Virus record (IMG/VR): IMGVR_UViG_3300042389_000724
Coordinates: 1-64,000 of that record
Source: a virus
Direction: 5' to 3' (one strand)
Length of the DNA: 64,000 bases
Of this stretch, positions 9,144-17,260 are shown piece by piece. Under the pieces are notes generated by a model. The model did no database searches, was not told the origin of the DNA, and saw only the letters and a list, made by a program, of their open reading frames with translations. The position numbers and the translations under genes are program-made. Within the stretch, counting starts at the first letter, position 1; each line of letters begins with the position of its first letter.

Positions 9144-9533
9144 ATGACTACGAACAACAACACGCTTCCCCTTCTCGCCTCCTACACGCCTGGTCAGATC
9201 GAATTCATCAAGTTCCTTCAGACCAATCGCGCTGCACTCACGGTGTACGATCACTGCACCGTGAACCGCAAGGACTTGGTGGAATTGCTTCAGAAGTCTC
9301 CGTACATCGCGGTTCCTGCTTGGATCGCGGCTACGAAGACTCGCCGCGCGGGACGGGGCAACTATCTGATCCCCGAAATCCACGCGGACATCTCCACGCT
9401 CACTGTGAACACGAACAAGCGCGGTCGCAAGCCTGGTTCGCCCAATCAGAAGGGACGAATCTCGCCGCCGACCACGCCTCCGACCGCTCCGATCACCACT
9501 GCACAGCCCCAATTCAGCACCACGAACGCCTAA
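9144..9533 (+). CDS. Stand-alone copy of the AAA ATPase N-terminal domain, with AT-hook
   Basis: VPAW...GRGxYxxPE...KRGRKPGS shared with 7441..8793; start 9135 or 9144. Confidence 0.8.
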   Translation: MTTNNNTLPLLASYTPGQIEFIKFLQTNRAALTVYDHCTVNRKDLVELLQKSPYIAVPAWIAATKTRRAGRGNYLIPEIHADISTLTVNTNKRGRKPGSPNQKGRISPPTTPPTAPITTAQPQFSTTNA

Positions 9534-9537
9534 ACCC

Positions 9538-9798
9538 ATGCGACTCATCGCCATCATCGTCACTTCCCTCTCGCTCACTGGCTGCTACACGCAGACGAAC
9601 ATCACTCGCACCGTGCGACACCCTGACGGATCGGTTGAAACCTACGAGAATCGCTCTAACGGTTACAACTACAATCCGAATTTCACGGGTCACATGGACA
9701 ACAACTACCAGATTCGCGCAAATTCGGACGCATCGCAGCGCATCAATGCGGATTTTGCCCCGCCGATGTCGCCCAACGGTCAGTACACCATTCGCTAA
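9538..9798 (+). CDS. Small lipoprotein
   Basis: MRLIAIIVTSLSLTGC: signal peptide with lipobox LTGC. Confidence 0.75.
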   Translation: MRLIAIIVTSLSLTGCYTQTNITRTVRHPDGSVETYENRSNGYNYNPNFTGHMDNNYQIRANSDASQRINADFAPPMSPNGQYTIR

Positions 9799-9817
9799 AC
9801 CCCTCGGAGACTCAAAA

Positions 9818-10054
9818 GTGGCACTCGGAATGACTACGATCAAGATTCAGCGCGCACGGATCGCGTATCTCACTGCTGAAATCTCTCGTCTGCGGCGTGA
9901 AAACGAGCGTCTGCGCCGCGCTTGTGAAGTTTTTGACTTCAATCCCACGCCTGAACCGCGCACTGACGAGCGCGACTACGGTTTGGGCGGCTCGGAGTGG
10001 GTTGATCCCGTCAGTGGGATCGACTCATGGGACGGAAAGAACGGCGCAGACTAA
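9818..10054 (+). CDS. Hypothetical coiled-coil protein
   Basis: GGAGA RBS before GTG 9818 (or ATG 9830); C-terminal part of the ORF-track 9029..10054. Confidence 0.65.
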   Translation: MALGMTTIKIQRARIAYLTAEISRLRRENERLRRACEVFDFNPTPEPRTDERDYGLGGSEWVDPVSGIDSWDGKNGAD

Positions 10055-10061
10055 AAAATCC

Positions 10062-10135
10062 GTCCCTGTAACTCAGTTGGATAGAGTAGCGACCTTCTAA
10101 GTCGCAAGTCAGTGGTTCGAATCCACTCAGGGACG
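10062..10135 (+). tRNA. tRNA-Arg(TCT)
   Basis: Acceptor GTCCCTG/CAGGGAC, anticodon arm GCGAC-CTTCTAA-GTCGC, GGTTCGAATCC; no encoded CCA. Confidence 0.95.
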
Positions 10136-10140
10136 CTCAA

Positions 10141-10350
10141 ATGACCATGCACTACACCACCGTTTCACAAAATCGTGTGCTGCTCTGGCAGCACGGCAGC
10201 AATTCACCCTCCGCAACCGTTGCCCGCAACGCTCAAACCGCCTGGGTCAGTGGAAATCAAATCATTGTGCAGTTCACAAACGGCTCAACAGGCATTTTTG
10301 AAATCACTCGCTCTGGCACGAACGCCTATCCCGTCCGCATCACTCGCTAA
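10141..10350 (+). CDS. Hypothetical protein
   Basis: 69-aa ORF with codon style consistent with its neighbours. Confidence 0.6.
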   Translation: MTMHYTTVSQNRVLLWQHGSNSPSATVARNAQTAWVSGNQIIVQFTNGSTGIFEITRSGTNAYPVRITR

Positions 10351-10363
10351 AAGACCACACACC

Positions 10364-10528
10364 ATGCCCCGACTTCTCATTTCTGACGCTGACCTCCGTG
10401 ACGACACCATTGACTGGGACGATTTCGCAAATTCAATCCGCTCGGACGCTGATCCCCGCGAGATCCGCCGCCCCACTGACGAAGACGAGTGGGAAGACGA
10501 GTGGGACGGCGACGAAGATCCCGACTAA
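10364..10528 (+). CDS. Small highly acidic protein
   Basis: MPRLLISDADLRDD...DEDEWEDEWDGDEDPD. Confidence 0.6.
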   Translation: MPRLLISDADLRDDTIDWDDFANSIRSDADPREIRRPTDEDEWEDEWDGDEDPD

Positions 10529-10538
10529 TTAAATCCTC

Positions 10539-10611
10539 GGCACTGTAGCCCAATGGCAGAGGCATTCGACTCAAAATCGAAACAGTGTGGGTTCGAGTCC
10601 CACCAGTGCTA
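10539..10611 (+). tRNA. tRNA-Leu(CAA), short variable loop
   Basis: GGCACTG/CAGTGCT-A, anticodon arm TTCGA-CTCAAAA-TCGAA, Leu-type D arm, 73 nt. Confidence 0.9.
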
Positions 10612-10628
10612 TTCAAGAAAGACCACCA

Positions 10629-10943
10629 ATGAACACTAAAGTATTCCAATCCACTGCCCACACCCACCACTGCTCCCACTACCGCGTCCTCATGGAACCG
10701 TTCAGCCAAGGCTCCACCACTGTGACCTTCCACTACGATCCCAACGGTGGCTCCACATTCGTGTGGCTCACCTGTACAACGCGGGACGGCTCACCCCTCG
10801 CAGTGCTGAATGATGCCTACCGCCTAGAGCGCGACTGGCACATCTCCCTGTTCACTGACAATGCGCGTCAGGTATGGGATGACCTGACTGCGCGAGGATG
10901 GGTTCTGATTGCACAGGGCTTCCTCGGCATCAAAACTAAATAA
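10629..10943 (+). CDS. Hypothetical protein with ARxxWxxLxxxGW motif
   Basis: C-terminal DNARQVWDDLTARGWVL. Confidence 0.7.
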   Translation: MNTKVFQSTAHTHHCSHYRVLMEPFSQGSTTVTFHYDPNGGSTFVWLTCTTRDGSPLAVLNDAYRLERDWHISLFTDNARQVWDDLTARGWVLIAQGFLGIKTK

Positions 10944-10946
10944 AAC

Positions 10947-10997
10947 GCAGAGACTAGTGGTTCGTCCACTGGCGTGATTCGTTCGCGCCTCATCTGC
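10947..10997 (+). ncRNA. Candidate small structured RNA (three-way junction, twin TTCGT loops)
   Basis: GCAGA/TCTGC closing helix, hairpins CTAGTGG-TTCGT-CCACTGG and CGTGA-TTCGT-TCGCG; CTAAATA just upstream and terminator just downstream. Confidence 0.45.
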
Positions 10998-11000
10998 AAC

Positions 11001-11037
11001 GCCCCTGTCTGCCTACGCACAGACAGGGGCTTTTTTT
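11001..11037 (+). terminator. Rho-independent terminator
   Basis: GCCCCTGTCTG/CAGACAGGGGC followed by T7. Confidence 0.88.
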
Positions 11038-11146
11038 ATTTCTACGCTCTGCGCTCTCTGCGCCACTCTGTCGGAGAACAGTGTACGGCGAGTGCGGTGG
11101 GGGTTTACCGTGCGCGTTAGCACAGCGAAACCAAATCCATTCATTT

Positions 11147-11300
11147 CAGTTTTAAAAATTGACCGTGGGACTCCCACCCCACCACAGTTTTCAAATATTG
11201 GGTTCCCATCCCCACCCCCCACAACTTTTCAAATATTCAGACCGCCGAGACTCCCCCCGCACCCAATCGGTTTCCCACAGTAAAGTACACTAAAGTAAAC
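11147..11300. repeat. 38-bp-period imperfect repeats with C-tracts
   Basis: CAGTTTTAAAAATT (11147), CAGTTTTCAAATATT (11185), AACTTTTCAAATATT (11223); tandem TAAAGTA[C/A]AC at 11281-11300. Confidence 0.65.
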
Positions 11301-11309
11301 CCCACACCA

Positions 11310-11337
11310 TTGACTGCCTCCCCCCACACGCTACACT
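11310..11337 (+). promoter_or_regulatory. sigma70-like promoter
   Basis: TTGACT-N16-TACACT. Confidence 0.65.
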
Positions 11338-11368
11338 CTACCTGTAACCCCCCAACAAAAGGACACAC

Positions 11369-11794
11369 ATGGACACAGATACATTTAGCCCCTCTGATCT
11401 TGATTTGCTCCACCTCCGAAACACGGCAGAGGCATTCATAAACTCAAAAACCGCAGACGATGCGGATATAGACGAAAAGGTGTCTGTAATCGCCCAAGCG
11501 TACATGACGGCTCTTGCCTACGAGTACTTCACCCAAAACGCTCCTGCGCTGGCGCAGTCGGCTAGGGAGTCTGTGCTGCGAAACTTCACGAAACATGAGT
11601 CGTATGGGCTGTTCCTGTCTGCTTTACGCCACACAGGGGAAAACCTGCCACCACGGGAACTGGTGTTTTTTGTTCAATTTATGATGATGCTCCACACCGA
11701 ACTGTGCAGGGATCGTGGGCTGTGGGCGGCGGCGCGTGACCACGCAATCGCTCATCACGGGCTGAACATGACTGTTGGCTACGGTCGCCAGTAA
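11369..11794 (+). CDS. Hypothetical protein
   Basis: AAGGA RBS, 141 aa. Confidence 0.75.
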   Translation: MDTDTFSPSDLDLLHLRNTAEAFINSKTADDADIDEKVSVIAQAYMTALAYEYFTQNAPALAQSARESVLRNFTKHESYGLFLSALRHTGENLPPRELVFFVQFMMMLHTELCRDRGLWAAARDHAIAHHGLNMTVGYGRQ

Positions 11795-11830
11795 AAGTAA
11801 AACCCGCCCACAAATCCCATCTTTTAATTC

Positions 11831-11858
11831 TTGACTGTTTGCTGTCTGACAGTACAAT
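11831..11858 (+). promoter_or_regulatory. sigma70-like promoter
   Basis: TTGACT-N16-TACAAT. Confidence 0.7.
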
Positions 11859-11882
11859 TCAGACCAAAGGAGACACTTTACT

Positions 11883-12596
11883 ATGGACACTACAGACACA
11901 GACAACACCACAACCGATTCCACCCCTCGCCATTTTGTGCCGTTCGCGCCGAACATCACCCCCGAAGAACTGGAAGCAGGAGGATGGGTGTGCAAGACAA
12001 GCAAGTGCGGCTCAAGCGATACATGGACGCTGCCAGGCACCAACATGATGATCACGACAAACCACTTGTGGAGGGCAAGCGAATTGCCACAGTGTAATGC
12101 CGATTATTTCAAGCCGCTGCTGACGGACACAGAGGAGTCCATGTGGTGGCAAATACAGGTGTGTGTCAGCGGGTTCGAACTAGACGAGGAAGGATTCCCA
12201 TCAGGTGATGACGGGAATATTATTATTCGGACAATTTCACACCTGTTCCTGACTCCAGAAGGGCGGGAGCATATTGAGAAGGCAGAGCAGGAAAACGATT
12301 TTTGGTGTTTGCAAGACGAACACTTCTCCACTACAGTAGATGTGTTCACGGAAACTGCCGCCGAGTGGTGCGAGTATCAGAAAATGATCCGATCCGAAGC
12401 CTACAAGCCAGAGTACTCATGGGAGAGCGACCCCACTGCCATCGTGTTCACCGTGGATGTGCAGGGAACACGCGCTGCACAGGTGGTGGCAGACTGGTTT
12501 GCGACGCGCTGTCCCCATCGCGTTGTGTACTCCCGTGTGTGTGGCGGGTATGTGAACGGCAGATCGCGCCGCGCTCAATTTCTGCAACTGTCCTGA
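11883..12596 (+). CDS. Hypothetical acidic protein
   Basis: AAGGAG RBS, 237 aa. Confidence 0.78.
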   Translation: MDTTDTDNTTTDSTPRHFVPFAPNITPEELEAGGWVCKTSKCGSSDTWTLPGTNMMITTNHLWRASELPQCNADYFKPLLTDTEESMWWQIQVCVSGFELDEEGFPSGDDGNIIIRTISHLFLTPEGREHIEKAEQENDFWCLQDEHFSTTVDVFTETAAEWCEYQKMIRSEAYKPEYSWESDPTAIVFTVDVQGTRAAQVVADWFATRCPHRVVYSRVCGGYVNGRSRRAQFLQLS

Positions 12597-12616
12597 AACA
12601 ACCCCTTCCGTGCCGC

Positions 12617-12649
12617 AAAAGCCACCCCAACGGGTGGCTTTTGTTTTTT
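12617..12649 (+). terminator. Rho-independent terminator
   Basis: AAAAGCCACCC-CAAC-GGGTGGCTTTT followed by a T-tract. Confidence 0.85.
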
Positions 12650-12655
12650 GAATGC

Positions 12656-12725
12656 CACCGAAACACTTACAGGAATCCCAAAACTGTGACAGGGCGGCAC
12701 TCGCGCACCAAAACACTTACAGGAA
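12656..12725. repeat. 20-bp direct repeat, two copies 50 bp apart
   Basis: CACC[G/A]AAACACTTACAGGAA at 12656 and 12706. Confidence 0.8.
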
Positions 12726-12756
12726 AAGAAAAAGGGGAGTCTTTCGACTCCCCCTT
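12724..12756 (-). terminator. Rho-independent terminator of the minus-strand structural gene
   Basis: GGGGAGTC-GAAA-GACTCCCC followed by TTTTTCTTTT on the minus strand. Confidence 0.85.
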
Positions 12757-12784
12757 CCGTGTACGCAAATCAGATTGTAACAGA

Positions 12785-14347
12785 TCAACCAAACAGCATT
12801 GTTGTGCTGAACTGATTTCCAGTACCTGGCTTTATCGTTGCTGCGTTCGATTGCGGAACAATGGTCATGTTTGCCGTGCCATTGAACTGCGGAGAAGCAG
12901 GAGTAAGGTCAAGGATACTGTTTCCAGCAAGCGACAGGTTGTTGATTTCAATCATGGCGCGAGCAGGCAGTGCTGGATCGAATTGCAGTGTGCCTGCATT
13001 CAACCAGAAATTCGTTCCCTGATAGTTGCCTGCCAGAGAGTAAACCACTGGTATCGTTCCTGGTTCGGCAAAGAAGTTGTTTACCGCCGTGGACTGCTTG
13101 GTGCCTTCCGAAGACGGATATCCCAGAGTAACGATTGCTGGTTCGGTTCCGTCTCGTAGGGGTGCCTGAAAACTAATCGAACCATTCGGAATCAGAACAC
13201 CACCGCTTACTCCAGAAGATGCTCCCTCTGGATACACACAAGGGAATCCTCCAGAAGCAGTCACATCTCCGTGAACAACAATTTCTCCGTTGATTTGATC
13301 TATTCTGCCCATGACGATAGCACGAGCGGTGCTGTTTTGATCCATATAGAAACCACCAACATCAAACCAAGACATTGTTGTTCCAGTGTTGCTTAGGTAC
13401 ATCGCATAAGCAGTAATTCCTGATACTATAGCCTGACTTGGAGTAAACTTCACCGCATTAACCTTTGCGTTGGTGAGTATTACTTTAGCGTCTCTGGTGC
13501 AAGAGATGCTACTAATGCTGTTGTAGTGTCCGCTCACCTCAATACCTCCGTGACGATATACTTCGCCAGCGACTGTTTGAACACCGTGAGAGTATCCAAA
13601 CGGTCCGAACATGGTTGACACATTGCTGAAATAGCCAAAACCTGGAACATGATCAGACTCTATGTAAACACGGTTTGTTGTACCGTCATAATTGTAACCA
13701 GTTCCACCAGCACCTGCGGTGTTTCCTGTTACTCCAAATATAGAAGTCATGGTTCCATATTTTGAAGTATCGCGCCATCCTCCACGGTGACGGATTGTAT
13801 ATGATGGTTGATTTCCATAAGAAATTCCAACAGTTGCTCCGTACCATGTTGAAACATACGCTGCATCAACATACTCGGTTCCTGAAGCAACAGTCCACTG
13901 ATTGGGTCCAGTTGCTATGGCAGAACTTCCAAGCCAGTAATTCACCTGAAGGTTGCGTGTCCACTCTTCAAGAATCTGCTCATCAATCTTGCCGCCGAGT
14001 TTGCTGAACGGGTAGGAAGGGTAGACAGTCACAAAAATCCCACCATGTTTTTCTGAAAGACTGGATCCAGCCGTTGCTCCACTCCACCAAGAAGAGGTTG
14101 CTGTGGTGATGCCACCGAACAAGCACGGAGACAAAGTTGTATTAGAAGATGCTTGAGTTACCCCTTCAAGATAATTTGTTCCGAAGAAGACATTATCTCC
14201 TCCCATTGGCAGTCTTGGTGCTGCACTATAGACTGATCCTGCTGTTGCAGAATATGTACGAATTCTCCAGTTTGTTTGTGTGTCCCAACTGAGCGAATTT
14301 ATGTTCGCTGCGGACGACCCTCTCCAGTAAAATGCTAGTGATGGCAT
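12785..14347 (-). CDS. Gly/Ser/Thr-rich beta-rich virion structural or adhesin-like protein
   Basis: 520 aa, N-terminal YWxG...W...NW...P..GD motif seen in beta-helical passenger-like proteins; AAGGA RBS; lower GC like the late genes. Confidence 0.7.
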   Translation of the reverse strand: MPSLAFYWRGSSAANINSLSWDTQTNWRIRTYSATAGSVYSAAPRLPMGGDNVFFGTNYLEGVTQASSNTTLSPCLFGGITTATSSWWSGATAGSSLSEKHGGIFVTVYPSYPFSKLGGKIDEQILEEWTRNLQVNYWLGSSAIATGPNQWTVASGTEYVDAAYVSTWYGATVGISYGNQPSYTIRHRGGWRDTSKYGTMTSIFGVTGNTAGAGGTGYNYDGTTNRVYIESDHVPGFGYFSNVSTMFGPFGYSHGVQTVAGEVYRHGGIEVSGHYNSISSISCTRDAKVILTNAKVNAVKFTPSQAIVSGITAYAMYLSNTGTTMSWFDVGGFYMDQNSTARAIVMGRIDQINGEIVVHGDVTASGGFPCVYPEGASSGVSGGVLIPNGSISFQAPLRDGTEPAIVTLGYPSSEGTKQSTAVNNFFAEPGTIPVVYSLAGNYQGTNFWLNAGTLQFDPALPARAMIEINNLSLAGNSILDLTPASPQFNGTANMTIVPQSNAATIKPGTGNQFSTTMLFG

Positions 14348-14484
14348 ATGGTTGATCCTTTTGAATATTGCGTGTGAGATTTCATCAGCAAATAGTAGTG
14401 AAGTTATTTATGATGCTTTATGTTTTGCTGCTACTTTACATTGAAATGAAATACTCGTTCTGCCGCTTTTGCCCCCTCTCCCTC

Positions 14485-14512
14485 TTGCTTCCCCACACAC
14501 ACTCGCTATACT
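14485..14512 (+). promoter_or_regulatory. sigma70-like promoter (leaderless)
   Basis: TTGCTT-N16-TATACT with ATG 6 nt later. Confidence 0.7.
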
Positions 14513-14518
14513 TGAGGC

Positions 14519-14869
14519 ATGACCACTCCTCCCACCGAGCCGTTCACCCGTCCTGCCTCCTACTCGTACCTTGCGCGGTACGGTCTGCTGCGTACCGTCA
14601 CGAAGGTGGCTCCGTTCACCTACATCGTCCACGGCAAGAGCGCGTATATGCGTGGCGCAGAGGGCATGATTGATTTTGAGGGCGGTCCGTACATCGTGGT
14701 GGGCATGAGGGCTACGCTGGCTCTGGACGCGCCGCCGTGGGTGGGCAAGACCGAAACCGTGAGCGCGGTAGAAGTCATTGGTGCGGCTGAAGGGCGCGAA
14801 CTGTGCGGTTTGGTGCCTGTGGCGGAAGACCGTGACGCATGGGTGATTGTGCGTACCCGTGCGCGGTAA
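14519..14869 (+). CDS. Hypothetical protein (DFEGGPYI motif)
   Basis: 116 aa, GC3-rich codons. Confidence 0.75.
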   Translation: MTTPPTEPFTRPASYSYLARYGLLRTVTKVAPFTYIVHGKSAYMRGAEGMIDFEGGPYIVVGMRATLALDAPPWVGKTETVSAVEVIGAAEGRELCGLVPVAEDRDAWVIVRTRAR

Positions 14870-14935
14870 CGCTGTCCCCACGATCCCACCAATTCACAAT
14901 TTTCAATTCATACTTCACACAAAAGGATTCTGGCA

Positions 14936-15373
14936 ATGAGCATGGTGACTGTTTTCTACGGCATTGGTAACACGGAGTACCGCAGCGAGGCACAGGGCGG
15001 TGTGTATCAGAATTGGGCGTACACCGCTCCTCTCACTTGGCACGGCGCGTACAGTGCGCCCACTCCCACGGGCGAGGCACTGAATCTGCCCACTGTGGCG
15101 GTGTCGATTCCGCACAACCTGTTCACGGGCTTCTCCGAGGGCTATTGGGTGCATCGTGTGTTTCTTGACGGACACCTGACTGGCACATACACTTTCGTGG
15201 ATCAGCAGTTCGCGCTGCCTGTGCAGTACGATTACATTCAGAGCGTGGCTCTGCCGTTCTCTCCTGCCGAAGCCGCAGCGCGTGGCGGCGATCCGTGCGT
15301 TCCCTCGCCTGGTGGCGCGGCGGCTCTCCTGTGTGCGGCTCTGTTCACTCGTTTCCGTGCGCGAAAGGCTTGA
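14936..15373 (+). CDS. PEP-CTERM-like (VPSPG) sorting-domain protein
   Basis: C-terminus VPSPGG, hydrophobic AAALLCAALF, basic TRFRARKA; no obvious signal peptide. Confidence 0.7.
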   Translation: MSMVTVFYGIGNTEYRSEAQGGVYQNWAYTAPLTWHGAYSAPTPTGEALNLPTVAVSIPHNLFTGFSEGYWVHRVFLDGHLTGTYTFVDQQFALPVQYDYIQSVALPFSPAEAAARGGDPCVPSPGGAAALLCAALFTRFRARKA

Positions 15374-15385
15374 GGAATCAATCAC

Positions 15386-15811
15386 ATGAATTACTACACG
15401 AACAACACCCCGTCCCCGAAGGAAACCGCCATTGCTTCAGCCGTGTGGATCGGCTGCGGAATTTTTGTCTTGTCAACCGTCATCGGTGGCTGTGCGTACA
15501 TCAAGCCGAAGTGGGGCGTGTGGGCAGCAGAGATGGAGGGCGCGGCACAGTACGCGCAAGCAGAGCAGAACCGCAAGATCACCATTCTTGAGGCAGAGGC
15601 GAAACTTGAGAGCGCAAAGGCTCTTGCAGCAGCCGAAGTGGAACGCGCCCGTGGCGTGGCAGAAGCAAACAAGATCATCGGAGAATCGCTGAAGGGCAAC
15701 GAGGCGTATCTGCGTTGGCAGTGGATTCAGAATCTTGAGAGCGGGAGCAACAGCGTGATCTATGTTCCCACCGAAGCAGGGCTTCCCATTCTTGAGGCAG
15801 GGCAGCGATGA
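15386..15811 (+). CDS. Membrane-anchored SPFH/prohibitin-like coiled-coil protein
   Basis: N-terminal TM helix, AEAxxxA heptads, YLRWQWI...VIYVPTEAGLPILEA tail. Confidence 0.75.
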   Translation: MNYYTNNTPSPKETAIASAVWIGCGIFVLSTVIGGCAYIKPKWGVWAAEMEGAAQYAQAEQNRKITILEAEAKLESAKALAAAEVERARGVAEANKIIGESLKGNEAYLRWQWIQNLESGSNSVIYVPTEAGLPILEAGQR

Positions 15812-16257
15812 ACCACAACGAAGACGAACGGCTACGCGCACAGTTTGATTCGCTTCAGGAGCAGTACGCGGCGGTGTGCCGTGATCGTGACGCACTGCGC
15901 GAGTCGGTTGCAAACGCACTGGTGCTGCTGTGGGACTATGACGGCTACTACTGCCGCAACAAGGGTGAAGGTGACGCGACCGCGCTTGCAGGACTCATTG
16001 ACGATGCGTATCGCATTCTGAACGGCAAGCACTGGACAGAGCCGAAGCCTGAAGGCATTGCTGAAGTGGAGCGGCTGAAGGCAGAGAATCGCGCACTGCG
16101 TCAGCGTTCAGAAATCGCGGAGTACTATTGGGATCGTGCGCGGCGCGACCGCGAATCCATGCGGCGCGAATTGGACGCGGCAACGGCAGCGGCGATTGAC
16201 GGCAAGCCGTACAATCCTCCGTATGGAGTGGGATGGGGCAAGGGGAAGGATGAATGA
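15808..16257 (+). CDS. Hypothetical protein
   Basis: ATGA-coupled to both neighbours. Confidence 0.75.
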   Translation: MNHNEDERLRAQFDSLQEQYAAVCRDRDALRESVANALVLLWDYDGYYCRNKGEGDATALAGLIDDAYRILNGKHWTEPKPEGIAEVERLKAENRALRQRSEIAEYYWDRARRDRESMRRELDAATAAAIDGKPYNPPYGVGWGKGKDE

Positions 16258-16646
16258 ATCCCTTACTCACGGAACACAAGCAGTATTTCCTTGACGATGG
16301 GCGAGGACAGGTGTGGAATTTTTGTGTTCACCCTGTGACCGAAACCGTGATCGTGCAATCGCCCGTGATCACCACAGGCGAACCGTGTTCCATGATATAC
16401 AGTAGAAAATTCCTGCGCGACACACTGGCGCAGTTGCCACAGGACGCGGTGATGCGGATGTTTGCAGAGGCACGGCTGTTCACCAACTACTACCCGACTG
16501 TGGTAAAGCCGTATGAACACAATGACGGCATGAGCAATACTTTTGAAGTGGGCATCCGCATACGGTTCACACGGGATCACCCGTCCGTGGTCATGGAGCG
16601 TGGGGATGCGCGGCGGCTGTGGGAACTGCTGCGGACTGCGAGATGA
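16254..16646 (+). CDS. Hypothetical protein with ARxxWxxL motif
   Basis: ATGA coupling; C-terminal GDARRLWELL. Confidence 0.72.
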   Translation: MNPLLTEHKQYFLDDGRGQVWNFCVHPVTETVIVQSPVITTGEPCSMIYSRKFLRDTLAQLPQDAVMRMFAEARLFTNYYPTVVKPYEHNDGMSNTFEVGIRIRFTRDHPSVVMERGDARRLWELLRTAR

Positions 16647-16659
16647 ATAGGCGAGAAAC

Positions 16660-16667
16660 CATAAATA
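16660..16667 (+). promoter_or_regulatory. T4-like late promoter CATAAATA
   Basis: Close to T4 TATAAATA; upstream of a probable virion protein. Confidence 0.6.
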
Positions 16668-16707
16668 GGAGCGGCACACGCCGCTCTTATTCTTTTGAGG
16701 AATCCCC

Positions 16708-17247
16708 ATGCGCTTTAATTCACAAACATACAAGTCCCTGAATGAATCCGTTCTCCGTATTGACGAGGCTCCAAGCAGCGGCGTTGAGGGCGACTACGAA
16801 GGCGAGATGGCGCGTGGCGAACTAAAGTCTTTGATTGCGAACGCACAGGAACTCCTGAAGATGCTGGGCGAGGACGCGGAGATTGAGGCGTGGGTGCAGT
16901 CAAAAATCACGAAGGCTGCGGACTATGTTTCAAGCGTTCGCAACTACATGGTGGGTGACTCCGTGAACGAAGCCGTGGCTGCATGGCAGCGCAAAGAGGG
17001 CAAGAACCCCGAGGGCGGTCTGAACAAGAAGGGCGTGGAGTCCTACCGCCGCGAGAACCCAGGCTCCAAACTGCAAACCGCCGTGACCACGAAGCCCAGC
17101 AAACTGAAGCCAGGCTCCAAGAGCGCGAAACGCCGCAAGTCGTTCTGCTCACGCATGAAGGGCATGAAGGCGAAACTCACCTCCGCAGAAACAGCGCGTG
17201 ATCCTGATTCGCGCATCAATAAATCCTTGCGGAAATGGAATTGCTGA
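16708..17247 (+). CDS. Conserved T4-like-phage protein (DUF6321-like), probable internal head protein
   Basis: AWQRKEGKNPEGGLN...RRKSFCSRM...RKWNC and EAWVQSKITKAADY motifs, recalled from T4-like cyanophage proteins; SLNE leader. Confidence 0.75.
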   Translation: MRFNSQTYKSLNESVLRIDEAPSSGVEGDYEGEMARGELKSLIANAQELLKMLGEDAEIEAWVQSKITKAADYVSSVRNYMVGDSVNEAVAAWQRKEGKNPEGGLNKKGVESYRRENPGSKLQTAVTTKPSKLKPGSKSAKRRKSFCSRMKGMKAKLTSAETARDPDSRINKSLRKWNC

Positions 17248-17260
17248 TATAGATAAGAAT

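Noticed and set aside
5964-9144. Long antisense ORFs 5964..7337 (457 aa) and 7378..9144 (588 aa)
   Set aside because: They shadow strongly codon-biased sense genes (VWA, AAA+) and have no motifs or RBS; antisense frames stay open when TTA, CTA and TCA codons are avoided.
12656-12725. Possible mini-CRISPR (20-bp repeat, 30-bp spacer)
   Set aside because: Only two short, non-identical, non-palindromic copies, with no cas gene or recognisable repeat family; kept only as a direct repeat.
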